The notes: generated from the letters alone by a model not told the origin. Numbered from the stretch's first letter, positions 40,631-50,719 are shown. The stretch is DNA of 64,000 nucleotides from Bdellovibrionales bacterium (GCA_965200875.1 OZ241456.1:512001-576000); one strand, 5' to 3'. Program-made: numbers and translations.

Positions 40631-42238
40631 ATGGTTAATATCTTAATTGGACTAGGAGCAGGTTTTGGAGTCGGTTCAGGTATCTCTTGGCTTATCAACA
40701 CATTGTTAAAAAAACAAAAAATCCACCAAACAAAACAGGAAGCCCAGCACATCATACAAAAAGTGAAAGACACAGAAGAGTACAATCGAGAACTGATTTT
40801 AAACAAAGTGGAGGAATATAAACTTTCCCTAGTTCAAAAACAAGAGAAGGAAGTGGAAATCTTATCTAAAGCTCATCGAAAGTTGCAAATGGATATAGAA
40901 CAAATCACCCAACAAACAGAAGAAGAGCTTGGTAAACTGGAAAAATTCAAAATGAAACACACCACTGAGGCTAAAGTCGTATTAAAAGTCAATGAGAAAA
41001 AAGCAAACGAGCTTAAGCAGATAAAAAATCATTTAAAGGAAACTCAAAAGCAAATTATACAAATCCTGACGGATAAATTTCAGATAAATGTGGAAAACCT
41101 GAAGTCACATACAAAGAACATGGAAATAGAACATGCAAAAACGCAAATGTTTCAGCAAATAAAAGAACAAGAGGAAGATTTCAAACATAACATAAACCAA
41201 TCCGCATATTTTATTTTGGAGTTGGCTCTTAATCGTTTTCAGCACCCTTATTGTTCGGAAAGAGGTATAAAAAATGTTAATTTCAGAAGTCAAAATGATA
41301 TAGACAATCTATTGGGACCGGATTTTTCAAAACTGAGAATTTTGGAAAAAGAATGTGGAGTGGATATGAAAGTCAGCGATAATGATACCACTGTCAACAT
41401 TTTAGGCATTGATCCCGTTAGAAAAGAATTAGGAAGAGCATCTTTACAAAGAATGTTCAGGAGAAAACCGCTTAAAGAAAATGAAATTAAGAAACTTGTA
41501 AAAGACACAAAAAAAAATCTGTTTCGTCAAATTAAAAATGATGGAGAAAAAATTTGCCATGTGCTCAATTTAAAAAATGTCAAAACAGAAGTAAAGAATA
41601 TGATGGGCGCTCTGAGGTATCGATATTCCTTCGCACAAAATCAATATTTTCACTGTCAGGAGGTGGGGTGGCTTTGTGGGCTTTTAAACGCAGAGTTGGG
41701 AGAACCGCTATTTCCTGCGCGTCGAGCAGGAATGCTTCATGATATTGGAAAAGCAATGGATCACTCAAAAGAAGGAGGACATGCTGTTATTGGGGCAGAT
41801 TTTATAGAAACCCACGGTGAAGATGTCTCCGTTGTTCACGCAGTAAAAGCACATCATTATGATGTCACCCCTCATCAACCGCTTGATTTTTTAGTTATTG
41901 CCGCTGATGCCCTTTCAGGTGCCCGGCCAGGAGCAAGACGCTCCACTGAAGATTCCTATAACCAAAAAGTTCTTACCTTGGAAAAAATCGGCAGAAGTTT
42001 TACAGGAGTAAAAGACACTTACATTATGAGCGCGGGCAGAGAGATTCGAGTAATAGTGGACAGCACAAAAATTAACGATGTAAAAGCCTTAGAATTAAGT
42101 AAAAAGATAGCTCGTAAAATCGAAGAGGAATGTTCCTATCCAGGTCTGATAAAAGTGACCGTAGTAAGAACAGTCACTAAAACTGTTAATAATAACAGGG
42201 GATTTAATAACAGGGGATTTAACAAAACTTCTTTTTAA
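40631..42238 (+). CDS. rny: Ribonuclease Y
   Basis: N-terminal TM, coiled coil, KH-like region, LHDIGKA HD motif, ADALSGARPGAR, AGREIRV, YPGLIKVTVVR. Confidence 0.93.
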   Translation: MVNILIGLGAGFGVGSGISWLINTLLKKQKIHQTKQEAQHIIQKVKDTEEYNRELILNKVEEYKLSLVQKQEKEVEILSKAHRKLQMDIEQITQQTEEELGKLEKFKMKHTTEAKVVLKVNEKKANELKQIKNHLKETQKQIIQILTDKFQINVENLKSHTKNMEIEHAKTQMFQQIKEQEEDFKHNINQSAYFILELALNRFQHPYCSERGIKNVNFRSQNDIDNLLGPDFSKLRILEKECGVDMKVSDNDTTVNILGIDPVRKELGRASLQRMFRRKPLKENEIKKLVKDTKKNLFRQIKNDGEKICHVLNLKNVKTEVKNMMGALRYRYSFAQNQYFHCQEVGWLCGLLNAELGEPLFPARRAGMLHDIGKAMDHSKEGGHAVIGADFIETHGEDVSVVHAVKAHHYDVTPHQPLDFLVIAADALSGARPGARRSTEDSYNQKVLTLEKIGRSFTGVKDTYIMSAGREIRVIVDSTKINDVKALELSKKIARKIEEECSYPGLIKVTVVRTVTKTVNNNRGFNNRGFNKTSF

Positions 42239-42342
42239 AGACAGATGATAAATTAAATGTAATCGCTCCTTGTAAAACAGACTTTTTTCATCTGTGACTC
42301 ATGGAAATTTATTGGAAAAACAGGAAAAACAATAGAAAAACA

Positions 42343-42870
42343 ATGGAAACGACAAAAAAAATACTGATAGATAAAATTAAAAACAAAGCTCTTTTAAAAG
42401 GTCACTTTATTTTACGCTCTGGCCAGAGTGCCACTGAATATTTCGATAAATACCTGTTTGAATCTTCTCCTCTTTTACTAAAAGAAATTGCCCGTCATTT
42501 AAAACAGCAGATTCCCTCTACCACAGAAATCCTAGCAGGATTGGAAATGGGAGGTATCCCTTTGGCCACGGCTTTGTCTTTGGAAAGTCAACTCCCTTGT
42601 GTTTTTGTTAGAAAAAAAGCAAAAGAATATGGCACAAAAAAAACCACAGAAGGTTGTTCCATTCAAAATAAAAAAGTTTGTGTAGTGGAGGATGTTATTA
42701 CCACAGGAGGGCAGGTTATAATGAGCGTTCAAGCCATGAGGGAAGAAGGAGCTTTAATCAGTGATGTGATTTGCGTAATTTATAGAGGAAAAGAAGATTC
42801 TCTGGCAAAACTTCAAAATGTTGACTTAAATCTGCACCCTCTTTTTACTTGGAATAAAACCTCTAACTGA
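42343..42870 (+). CDS. pyrE: Orotate phosphoribosyltransferase
   Basis: GHFILRSG, YFDKY, FVRKKAKEYG, VVEDVITTGG. Confidence 0.95.
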   Translation: METTKKILIDKIKNKALLKGHFILRSGQSATEYFDKYLFESSPLLLKEIARHLKQQIPSTTEILAGLEMGGIPLATALSLESQLPCVFVRKKAKEYGTKKTTEGCSIQNKKVCVVEDVITTGGQVIMSVQAMREEGALISDVICVIYRGKEDSLAKLQNVDLNLHPLFTWNKTSN

Positions 42871-42956
42871 ATCCCTGAGTGGTGAAGTATTGGTAAAGAG
42901 CATTCCCGCACTAAACAGACTTTTTTCCCGGACCACTCACTATTTACGAGCAAGAA

Positions 42957-45932
42957 CTACAAGGCTGGGTAGTTCTCTCTTCCCGGCCATTTAAAGTTTT
43001 CATAATTTCTTTCTGGATAACTAGGGAATTGTTTAAGAGAAGAGTCCTCTTTTCTTTTTTTGGCATATTCTCCTTGTGTTCTGATACCTTTTTTCTCAAC
43101 AACAACTTGTTGAAATACCTCTAATGGTGGACGATTTACCTTTGTGACACGACTTCTCCCTGGCCATTTAAAGCCCGGATAATTTTTTTCTGGATGGTTT
43201 GGGAATCGTTTAAGTTCTTCATCTTTTTTTCTTTGGTTTTGATATTCCTGTTGCGTTCCAATACCCTTTTGTTCAACCACAATTTGCTGAAACACCTCTA
43301 CTGGTGGACGGTTTACCTTTGTAATACGACTTCTCCCCGGCCATTTAAAGCCTTGATAACTTCTTTTTGGAACACTGGGGAATCGTTGAAGCTCTTCGTC
43401 TTTTTTCCTTTGGTTGTCATATTCCCGTTGTGTTCTGATATTCTTTTGCTCAACAACTTGTTGAAACACCTCTACTGGTGGACGGTTATCCTTTGTGACT
43501 ATATATTTCATCTTGTATTTCATCTCTGGCCATATAAAGCCTTCATAGTTGTTTTCTGGTTCGCTGGGGAAACGTTTAAGTTCTTCGTCTTTTTTCCTTT
43601 TTTTGGCATATTCTCCTTGTGTTCTGATGTCCTTTTGTTCAACCACAATTTGCTGAAACACCTCTACTGGTGGAAGGTTATCCTTTGTGATAACCTTTCT
43701 CTTCCCCGGCCATATAAAGTCTTCATAGTTGTTTTCTGGTTCGCTGGGGAAACGTTTAAGTTCTTCGTCTTTTTTCCTTTTTTTGGCATATTCTCCTTGT
43801 GTTCTGATGACCTTTTGTTCAACAACAATTTGCTGAAATACCTCTAATGGTGGACGATTCCCCTTTGTGACACGATTTCTCCCTGGCCATTTAAAGCCTT
43901 CATAGCTTCTTTCTGGGTGGCTGGGGAATCGTTTAAGTCTTTCATCTTCTTTTCTTTTATTTTGATATTCCCATTGTGTTCTTATATCCTGTTGCTCAAC
44001 AACAACTTGTTGAAACACCTCCAATGGTGGAAGCTTATTCTTTGTGACAGGGGAGACACTCCAAAACTTCTGGACAGTTTCTTCCAATATCTTTCTGAAT
44101 TTTGCTAAATCCTCTCTTTCAAAAATATGTCTGCTTGACGAGTTTGGAGAGGCTTTTACTCCTGTGCTTTCTGTACCTAATTCTTCGTTCACATTATCCC
44201 GTATCGTCCGACTGAAAGACACTGTCTTTATAGTATCCAATATGTTCAATAATTCCCTAGCAACTTGTTCATCACGATAATCTATCAGCAATATAATATC
44301 TGATGAAAACTTCCCAGCTTTCAGTCGCAAAACTCTTCCTATTCTCTGTAACATATTCTTTATAGGGATGTTTGCATTTAAATCGATGTAAGCTGAAAGA
44401 TGAGGCAAATCAATTCCCTCATCCAAACTCCTGACTGCCACAATATAATGTGTCTTTCCTTTTTCATGGGACCTCTCTATAACAACCCTTTTCTCCTCTG
44501 CGGAGCGTTCTTGGTGATAGGAATCAAATTGTATCTCAGGAAAAACATTGCTTAAAAACTCCGTTAAACGTTCTGCCTCACGAATCGTGGCTGTCACAAT
44601 AAATCCTTTTTCATTGGATCTTAAAACTGGGTATAGAATCTGTGCTAATTTTTCATAAAAATCCGGGTTTAAAATTTTACGATTGTTTTTATACTCTACT
44701 GTAAATAGCTCTCCTTCCTTTCCATTGGTTTTGAACAGGGTGTCCGCAATAAAGTACAAATTATCAAAAGGCGTTAAATCTCCTCTTTCTATTCCTTCTG
44801 ATAATTGCCTTAAAATACCTTCCGAAGAATGGCTTTCAAATAAATTACCGGATTTAGTGAGATAAGACCAATGTGTCTTTTCAAATAAACTTCTTAAGCT
44901 CACTTCATGGTGTATCGGGGTGGCCGTAGCTCCATACAGAAAAGCCTCACTTTGTTCTTGCAGGTTCAACAGGACATCTTTTGTGATCTGTGCTCCCAGA
45001 TGATGAGCCTCATCTATAAAAATGGAAGAAAGACGTAAAGAGAGTTGTTTGTAATGTTCTGTATTAGGCTCTTTAAGTATTTTCTTTAAGCTTTGAGTGG
45101 TCATTACAAAAACAGTGGGGCCGTTATGTCTGCTCGCTTGCGCGAGAGTTTTCGCGAAACTATCTCCTGTTTGACTGTTCCAGTTGATAACCTGAATATC
45201 CATAGCATTATCCTGTTTGGTGGATTCAGCTATTTCCGTTTTAATAGCCTGTGAGAGTTGCTCCACAATATGCACTCGATTAACCGTGGCTATGGCTATG
45301 TTTTTTTCTTTGGAGGAGTGTCTTATCTGTTCTATGAGTGCTTTAGTGAGAACCAGCGTTTTCCCGACACCGGTGGGGCATATATGGAGGAAGCTTTTTG
45401 CACCATCATGCAGGGCTTGTTGGTATGCAGAGAGAGCAAGAGACTGTACAGGTTTCATCATGATTTTTCCTTCAGAAAAGTAAGGGTGAAGCTCATGTCC
45501 TACAAGCCAGTATCTGAGTTTGTGGCCCAAAGAAGGATTTTGAAAAAAATCAATAGAGGGAATTTTAAGGGTTTTAGATTTACCGTCTGTGTGAAACTCA
45601 GGGGAGGAGATGCGACTATCTATTTTTATCTCAAAGTTTATGGAGGTTTTGGAGACAAGCTTTAAACATCCAGTGCCACAGGTTTTTAATTCCATATTTT
45701 CCAAAGCTTCCGGCTTTAATATCCCAGTGATAGAGGTTTCAACGAGGGAATGAAATACATTTCCAGAGTCTCTTTGGTTGCTTACAGGCGAGGAGTTTTT
45801 TCCCTGTTCAGCAGGGTTATCTGTTTTTTCATGCTCAGGGAAGGCATCTTTGCAATTTGCCAACAAAGAAAGCGGGAAACAGAAGCACATAATGAACCAA
45901 AAAGATATTATTTTTAAGTGTATAAAATTCAT
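42957..45932 (-). CDS. SF2 DEAH (ResIII-like) helicase with an N-terminal signal-like peptide and C-terminal ~60-aa repeats
   Basis: CPTGVGKT, IDEAHH, GATATP, LDEGIDLP, QRIGRVLR. Confidence 0.88.
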   Translation of the reverse strand: MNFIHLKIISFWFIMCFCFPLSLLANCKDAFPEHEKTDNPAEQGKNSSPVSNQRDSGNVFHSLVETSITGILKPEALENMELKTCGTGCLKLVSKTSINFEIKIDSRISSPEFHTDGKSKTLKIPSIDFFQNPSLGHKLRYWLVGHELHPYFSEGKIMMKPVQSLALSAYQQALHDGAKSFLHICPTGVGKTLVLTKALIEQIRHSSKEKNIAIATVNRVHIVEQLSQAIKTEIAESTKQDNAMDIQVINWNSQTGDSFAKTLAQASRHNGPTVFVMTTQSLKKILKEPNTEHYKQLSLRLSSIFIDEAHHLGAQITKDVLLNLQEQSEAFLYGATATPIHHEVSLRSLFEKTHWSYLTKSGNLFESHSSEGILRQLSEGIERGDLTPFDNLYFIADTLFKTNGKEGELFTVEYKNNRKILNPDFYEKLAQILYPVLRSNEKGFIVTATIREAERLTEFLSNVFPEIQFDSYHQERSAEEKRVVIERSHEKGKTHYIVAVRSLDEGIDLPHLSAYIDLNANIPIKNMLQRIGRVLRLKAGKFSSDIILLIDYRDEQVARELLNILDTIKTVSFSRTIRDNVNEELGTESTGVKASPNSSSRHIFEREDLAKFRKILEETVQKFWSVSPVTKNKLPPLEVFQQVVVEQQDIRTQWEYQNKRKEDERLKRFPSHPERSYEGFKWPGRNRVTKGNRPPLEVFQQIVVEQKVIRTQGEYAKKRKKDEELKRFPSEPENNYEDFIWPGKRKVITKDNLPPVEVFQQIVVEQKDIRTQGEYAKKRKKDEELKRFPSEPENNYEGFIWPEMKYKMKYIVTKDNRPPVEVFQQVVEQKNIRTQREYDNQRKKDEELQRFPSVPKRSYQGFKWPGRSRITKVNRPPVEVFQQIVVEQKGIGTQQEYQNQRKKDEELKRFPNHPEKNYPGFKWPGRSRVTKVNRPPLEVFQQVVVEKKGIRTQGEYAKKRKEDSSLKQFPSYPERNYENFKWPGRENYPAL
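42980..44050 (-). repeat. Six intragenic tandem repeats of 174-192 bp
   Basis: PP(L/V)EVFQQ anchors near 44018, 43841, 43661, 43469, 43295, 43118. Confidence 0.95.
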
Positions 45933-46090
45933 GGCATTTTAACCGGGATTTAAAAGGGTATTTGTTTTTCCATGTGATTTCATTGATTAATAGAGAATTT
46001 TATCAATGATTGATAAAGGATTTTATCAATCATACTAAAAAAAACTATTTTTAAAAGTAAATGGTAATTTTTTACATACTTTATTTTGTA

Positions 46091-46525
46091 GGCAAACAAA
46101 GTGTTTCATTATAACAATTTTGCAACTATTTTCTAGGAAAATGATAAAAAAATCAAGTGATAAAAGTATTTTATCAACATTCCAAAGGCTTTTCACAACA
46201 TAAAATTGCCTGTGTCTTCAGCAGTATTTGCCCTGTGTATTCCCTGATTTTCACAGACTTTGATGTTTTTCCGGCAGAGCTGAATATAGCTCAAAAATGC
46301 TCTGAAAATTCCACTTATATAGATAAACGATGCGAAAAAATTAGAGCTGATATGTGGGATAATGAGGAAAACGGAGCTTGTGATTAAAACCTGAGTACGA
46401 AGGGGTAGGCACTGTTTTCCCCGGTGGCCAAAAATGCCTTTTTTGCGCAGTTTTATATCAGAAAAAAAGATGCTCCCCCTTTCGCGATTGAAAGCCACCC
46501 CCTTTTCTTTATGATTCCCTTTCCT
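46091..46525. other. Mosaic of short fragments homologous to other loci in the window
   Basis: Matches to 50954-50995, 53852-53896 (inverted), 50211-50266 (inverted) and 702-728. Confidence 0.8.
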
Positions 46526-46616
46526 AAAGTCTGGGTTGGGAGAGACGATAAGTGAAAAAGTAGTTATATTTAATTTGGTTCTGAATAAATATTATTTTTA
46601 GGAATAAGCACACAGA

Positions 46617-48785
46617 ATGAGAAATAAACACAGTAGAAAGAATACAGGGCAGTTGGCCATTTTTATTATTCTGCTTTTTCCTGTGTTGTTTACTCTGTTC
46701 GCCATGTCTTTAAATATCACTTTAGTAGTGCATGATAAAATCAATCTTCAAAATTCTGTTGATATCGCTGCCTACTACGGTGCTATGAAACAGGCTGAAA
46801 TGTTAAACGCCATTGCTCATATAAACTATCAAATCCGCCAGTCTTGGAAACTTCTGGTATGGAGATATAGGGTTTTGGGTAGCGTAAGTCTTACGCATCG
46901 TCCAGAGTGGGGAAATCCCGCACTCGCTGTTGAGAGGGAACATTGGCCACAATCTCTGAAAAATCTACAGATAGGACCTTATTTTTTCTGTGTTGGACAT
47001 AAAGATTGGGGTTGGTTCATAAAAAAGGGTGGTGGTTCTGTAAACATTCCAAGGACTAGAGAAGATAAACCAACTGATATGCTTTGTAATGAAATGGGGG
47101 GGCGTATCAACGCACCTAGCGTGCCAAGTTTCAGTGGAAGTTTAGGAAGTCTCTCTGGTGTCCTAAGGAATATAAGCCGTGCCGGGAATACGATCAGGGA
47201 GCAATTAGAAGGCAAATGCAAGCTTTATGGGTATAATTCATGGTTGCTTGGTGCTTTGTCTTTTTCTCATTTTCGCGCGGACCAAACCGCTAGAAAACAA
47301 ATGATATATTACCTTGCAAAGGCTATGTCTGGCAAGCTTGCAGGGTTTCCTCATAAACATGGCACAGATTTAAATGGCGATTCCATAGCTTCTGGAGTTA
47401 AAAAAACTTTTGAAAGAAACTTAACTTATATAAATGGTAAAGCTTTTAAAGAAACACCAGACAACCCTTTTATACAATTTAATTCCCTAGAAAGAGTGTT
47501 GTCACCTTCAGATTGGTTAGAGGACACACCTTTTTGGGCTTTGGGGCTTTTCGCTGATATTCATCCAGTAGGGAAAGCTTGTGAAAAAAACTTAAAATTT
47601 TTGCGTCAAGGATCATCAGTCCTTAGTGATAAGAGTTTAAAAAGTATACTTTTAGGAGAGCAAGATATGAACTGGCCAGGATGTGTCACAGGAAATTCCC
47701 TATGTTCCCCTTCTGCCGGTCTCCATAAAAAAAGAAATTTTCTAATTTTTTACTCTGTAAAAGCTGAACTAAAATATAAATGTCAGATTTTTTTACCCTG
47801 GGGATGTGGTGATGGGGGTAATGTGTATTTAAAAGCAAAAGCTTTCGCAAAGCCTTTTGGGGGAACTATAGGTCCTATAGGACCAAGATCAGCATCATTG
47901 CGTGGAGAAGATCCTTTACTACCTAATCCTCATGGTGAAAGCCCAAGTGGAGATCTTGTGAAACTTGACAAAAAATTCACCCCCAACTATTCCCGCTATC
48001 CAGGAGATAAATTTGGTTTGAGATCATCTTATGTACATTACTACTGGGCTGAGCACATACAACGCTCTCCACATGACACAAAAAATATAAAATTTTACTT
48101 AAAAGGTAATCATGGTGATGACAGAGACCCTTTAGCTAGGGGTATAATCCCACCGGGAGTAAAAAGTTTACTTGCCCGGAAATGGGAGATAATGGCGGTT
48201 GCTCCAGATATTTTTGATGTAACTTATTTCACTATTTTACCTTATTACATGCAAACATACTTTCCAAAAATCAAAGTTCTTTTGAAGAATGAACCCGTCA
48301 ATTTAAGAGGGGGGTTTGGTTCATATAAAGCCGGCAACGACTTTCAATGGAAGTATGGTATTTTAGGCCAGCACAAAACTATAACCGGGCAACCACCAGA
48401 GCTAAGAATCGATGACTTATGGTTTTTAAGTCATTATTCAGCCCCGCGTCCGCGCCCACCTTGGTATAAAATAGCAAAACTTGAACAACTACTCACTGGC
48501 TGGAATCCCCCTAAAGAAAAATATGTATCTAACAGTAATGAGCAATATAACATTAACCGCTCTAAATTTAGTTTATGTGGTAAAACCCTTCGTGAGGATG
48601 ATCAATGGGTACATAATTTTGGAATTAATATGTCTCCCGGAGTAATAAAAGGTAAAATCGCCACAGGCTGTATTTACGGCGGACGAACGGGTTATTCTGT
48701 GAAAATGATTTCTGCTGAATTTATCAAAGGTTTTAGTGTTAGAGGTGTAAGTGATCTTAGAAACCCATTCCCGGCTTGGTATTAA
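46617..48785 (+). CDS. TadG-related pilus assembly protein
   Basis: GQLAIF prepilin-like site, hydrophobic helix, KINLQNSVDIAAYYGA Tad motif. Confidence 0.85.
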   Translation: MRNKHSRKNTGQLAIFIILLFPVLFTLFAMSLNITLVVHDKINLQNSVDIAAYYGAMKQAEMLNAIAHINYQIRQSWKLLVWRYRVLGSVSLTHRPEWGNPALAVEREHWPQSLKNLQIGPYFFCVGHKDWGWFIKKGGGSVNIPRTREDKPTDMLCNEMGGRINAPSVPSFSGSLGSLSGVLRNISRAGNTIREQLEGKCKLYGYNSWLLGALSFSHFRADQTARKQMIYYLAKAMSGKLAGFPHKHGTDLNGDSIASGVKKTFERNLTYINGKAFKETPDNPFIQFNSLERVLSPSDWLEDTPFWALGLFADIHPVGKACEKNLKFLRQGSSVLSDKSLKSILLGEQDMNWPGCVTGNSLCSPSAGLHKKRNFLIFYSVKAELKYKCQIFLPWGCGDGGNVYLKAKAFAKPFGGTIGPIGPRSASLRGEDPLLPNPHGESPSGDLVKLDKKFTPNYSRYPGDKFGLRSSYVHYYWAEHIQRSPHDTKNIKFYLKGNHGDDRDPLARGIIPPGVKSLLARKWEIMAVAPDIFDVTYFTILPYYMQTYFPKIKVLLKNEPVNLRGGFGSYKAGNDFQWKYGILGQHKTITGQPPELRIDDLWFLSHYSAPRPRPPWYKIAKLEQLLTGWNPPKEKYVSNSNEQYNINRSKFSLCGKTLREDDQWVHNFGINMSPGVIKGKIATGCIYGGRTGYSVKMISAEFIKGFSVRGVSDLRNPFPAWY

Positions 48786-48839
48786 CTCATTCCACCGGAA
48801 AGTTTTAAAAATAAGGAGTAAGATATTAAAAAAAAGAAA

Positions 48840-49445
48840 TTGTTATTTTCCAGCAAGGGAAGTTTGACAGTTCAGTTTGTGCTTGGATTTGCTCTTGTGT
48901 GGGGTTTTATAGCACTTTTTGCGGTCATGTGTTTTACCTTGGCAGTAAGTAGCATCACACAGTATATAACTTTTGCTTCCGCCCACGCTTTATTTTTGGG
49001 AGACGGAGATTTAACAGCACAAAAAGACGCGGCTTTTGAAACCTATAAGGATTTGAAGAACAAATTTCGTAATCAAGAAGGTGCAGGTATTTTCAGCCCC
49101 GATGTAATTGATATATACCAAGAACAAGAACTACTAGATATGGGACTGGGACTTAATACGGCTTTTCAAGTTACCAAACCTAACTTGTTTTATGGAGCTT
49201 GGACAAAGTTTGTCCCCAAAGTGTTGAAGATAAACACTTTTTTTGGAGATTCAGGAAAAGATGATAATTTTTTTAAGACCACCATTGGTTCTTATCTTGG
49301 GCGTGAACCGACTATGGAAGAATGTGATCTTTTTTTTGATCAAGAAAGGTCGAAAAAGATATATGAATATCACCAAAACAACTGGCATCATACAGCACCC
49401 CTTCCCCGAATGGTAGGTATTAAGGTTTTTGATAATGGTTGTTAA
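48840..49445 (+). CDS. TadE-like pseudopilin
   Basis: KGSLTVQF prepilin-like N-terminus, QYITFASA, SYLGREP, DNGC end. Confidence 0.65.
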   Translation: MLFSSKGSLTVQFVLGFALVWGFIALFAVMCFTLAVSSITQYITFASAHALFLGDGDLTAQKDAAFETYKDLKNKFRNQEGAGIFSPDVIDIYQEQELLDMGLGLNTAFQVTKPNLFYGAWTKFVPKVLKINTFFGDSGKDDNFFKTTIGSYLGREPTMEECDLFFDQERSKKIYEYHQNNWHHTAPLPRMVGIKVFDNGC

Positions 49446-49704
49446 TGAAGAGGGTGTTATCAACCTAAAGAAGGTGAACTTGTATTTAACAAAGATAGTG
49501 CAAAACTTGATCCCGACCATGAAGCTTGTAAAGCGTTACAAGAAGAAGCTCAGGCTAAGTGTGATGCTTTACCCCCACCAGGGGCTGGTGATATTAAGCA
49601 ATATAGTGGTTCAGCTATTTATAAAGATTACACTTAATGCTCTTAACAGTACAGAAGGCTTTGGAAAATAGAAATATGTTAAAGGGTGTTTCACGGGCGA
49701 AAAA

Positions 49705-50655
49705 TTAGAGCTTTAAGCTTTCCTGTAGCTCTTTAATTTTCTCTGCTGATACACCAGTGATTTCAATGATCATGGAAATTTGCATATTTTTTTGGAGCAT
49801 ATTCAAAGCTATTTGTTCCATGCCTGTCTTCAAACCTTTCTCCATGCCTTTGTTAAAGGCATAAGCTTTTTCTGCACGCTGATCTCTTAAAAATTTCTCC
49901 CGTGCCTCTTCTTCCCGGCGCAAATCCTCATCTTGGGACAAATCTTTTAAATGTTCCATTGCTCTTCTCATCTCTTCCCCCTTACTCGTTGATAATATAT
50001 CCCACTCTCTTTTTCCTATGTGGCAGGACTCTTTTAAAAGATAGCACCATAAGTCCCGCAAATCAACTATCTCCTTCAGACTCTCTGGCCTCGCTCTCAT
50101 AAACTTACTTAATTCCACAAACACTATCTTTTCATCATCGATCAAGGAAGAATGTGGCTCTTTATCCGATCGCAAAGAAAAGGAATTGATAAAATCTCTA
50201 TACTTTTTTACCGGAAGAACATCAAAGTCTGTGAAAACCAAAGAATATGCAGGGCAAATACTGCTGTAATCTGCTGACTTCTTTAAACTCTCCGTGTAAA
50301 GTCTAGACCAATAAAAAAGCACTCTTTTCAAAAAACCTATTTTTAAGACAGACTGTATTTCCACATTCACAGTTTCTCCGGTACTGAGTCTTATTCTCAA
50401 ATCCAGAACAATTTGCTTGTTGTCTGCCAAAGAGGGATAAAGGGAGCTATCTAAGAGAGTTAATGTTTCTTCATCAACAAGGGAATCCAATGCTTTTTTA
50501 TCTCCTATGAAGGATATATCTTGCACTTTTTGATTGGGAGGAAGAGGCAAAAAGGCATTTAAAAGAGATTTCAGGACTTCTTTGTTTTTAGAGAAATAGG
50601 TCTTGAACATGAGGTCCTGGCTTAAGTTTAAAAATTTGCTACGATTTGTTTTCAT
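49705..50655 (-). CDS. Rpn-family PD-(D/E)XK nuclease/putative transposase
   Basis: DLMFKTYF, VLDLRI...VNVEIQ, RVLFYWSRLY, FVELSKF, C-terminal KGMEKG...IALNML...ITGVS. Confidence 0.93.
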   Translation of the reverse strand: MKTNRSKFLNLSQDLMFKTYFSKNKEVLKSLLNAFLPLPPNQKVQDISFIGDKKALDSLVDEETLTLLDSSLYPSLADNKQIVLDLRIRLSTGETVNVEIQSVLKIGFLKRVLFYWSRLYTESLKKSADYSSICPAYSLVFTDFDVLPVKKYRDFINSFSLRSDKEPHSSLIDDEKIVFVELSKFMRARPESLKEIVDLRDLWCYLLKESCHIGKREWDILSTSKGEEMRRAMEHLKDLSQDEDLRREEEAREKFLRDQRAEKAYAFNKGMEKGLKTGMEQIALNMLQKNMQISMIIEITGVSAEKIKELQESLKL

Positions 50656-50703
50656 GTGTAAAGCTCCTTTAAAAAAAGTGATTTATTGTTAATAAATAGT
50701 TCA

Positions 50704-50719
50704 TGCAAAATCCGTGCCA
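50704..50719 (-). promoter_or_regulatory. sigma54 (-24/-12) promoter
   Basis: TGGCACGGATTTTGCA matches TGGCACG-N4-TTGCW exactly, about 50 nt upstream of the Rpn start and its AAGGAG RBS. Confidence 0.8.

Noticed and set aside
42191..42220. 15-bp tandem duplication at the rny 3' end (NNRGF twice)
   Set aside because: Real, but a trivial slippage event in an unconserved tail
42275..42927. 15-nt direct repeat AAACAGACTTTTTTC flanking pyrE
   Set aside because: Short and low-complexity, with no integrase or other sign of mobility
43194..43847. 217-aa + strand ORF
   Set aside because: Antisense shadow of the helicase repeat region
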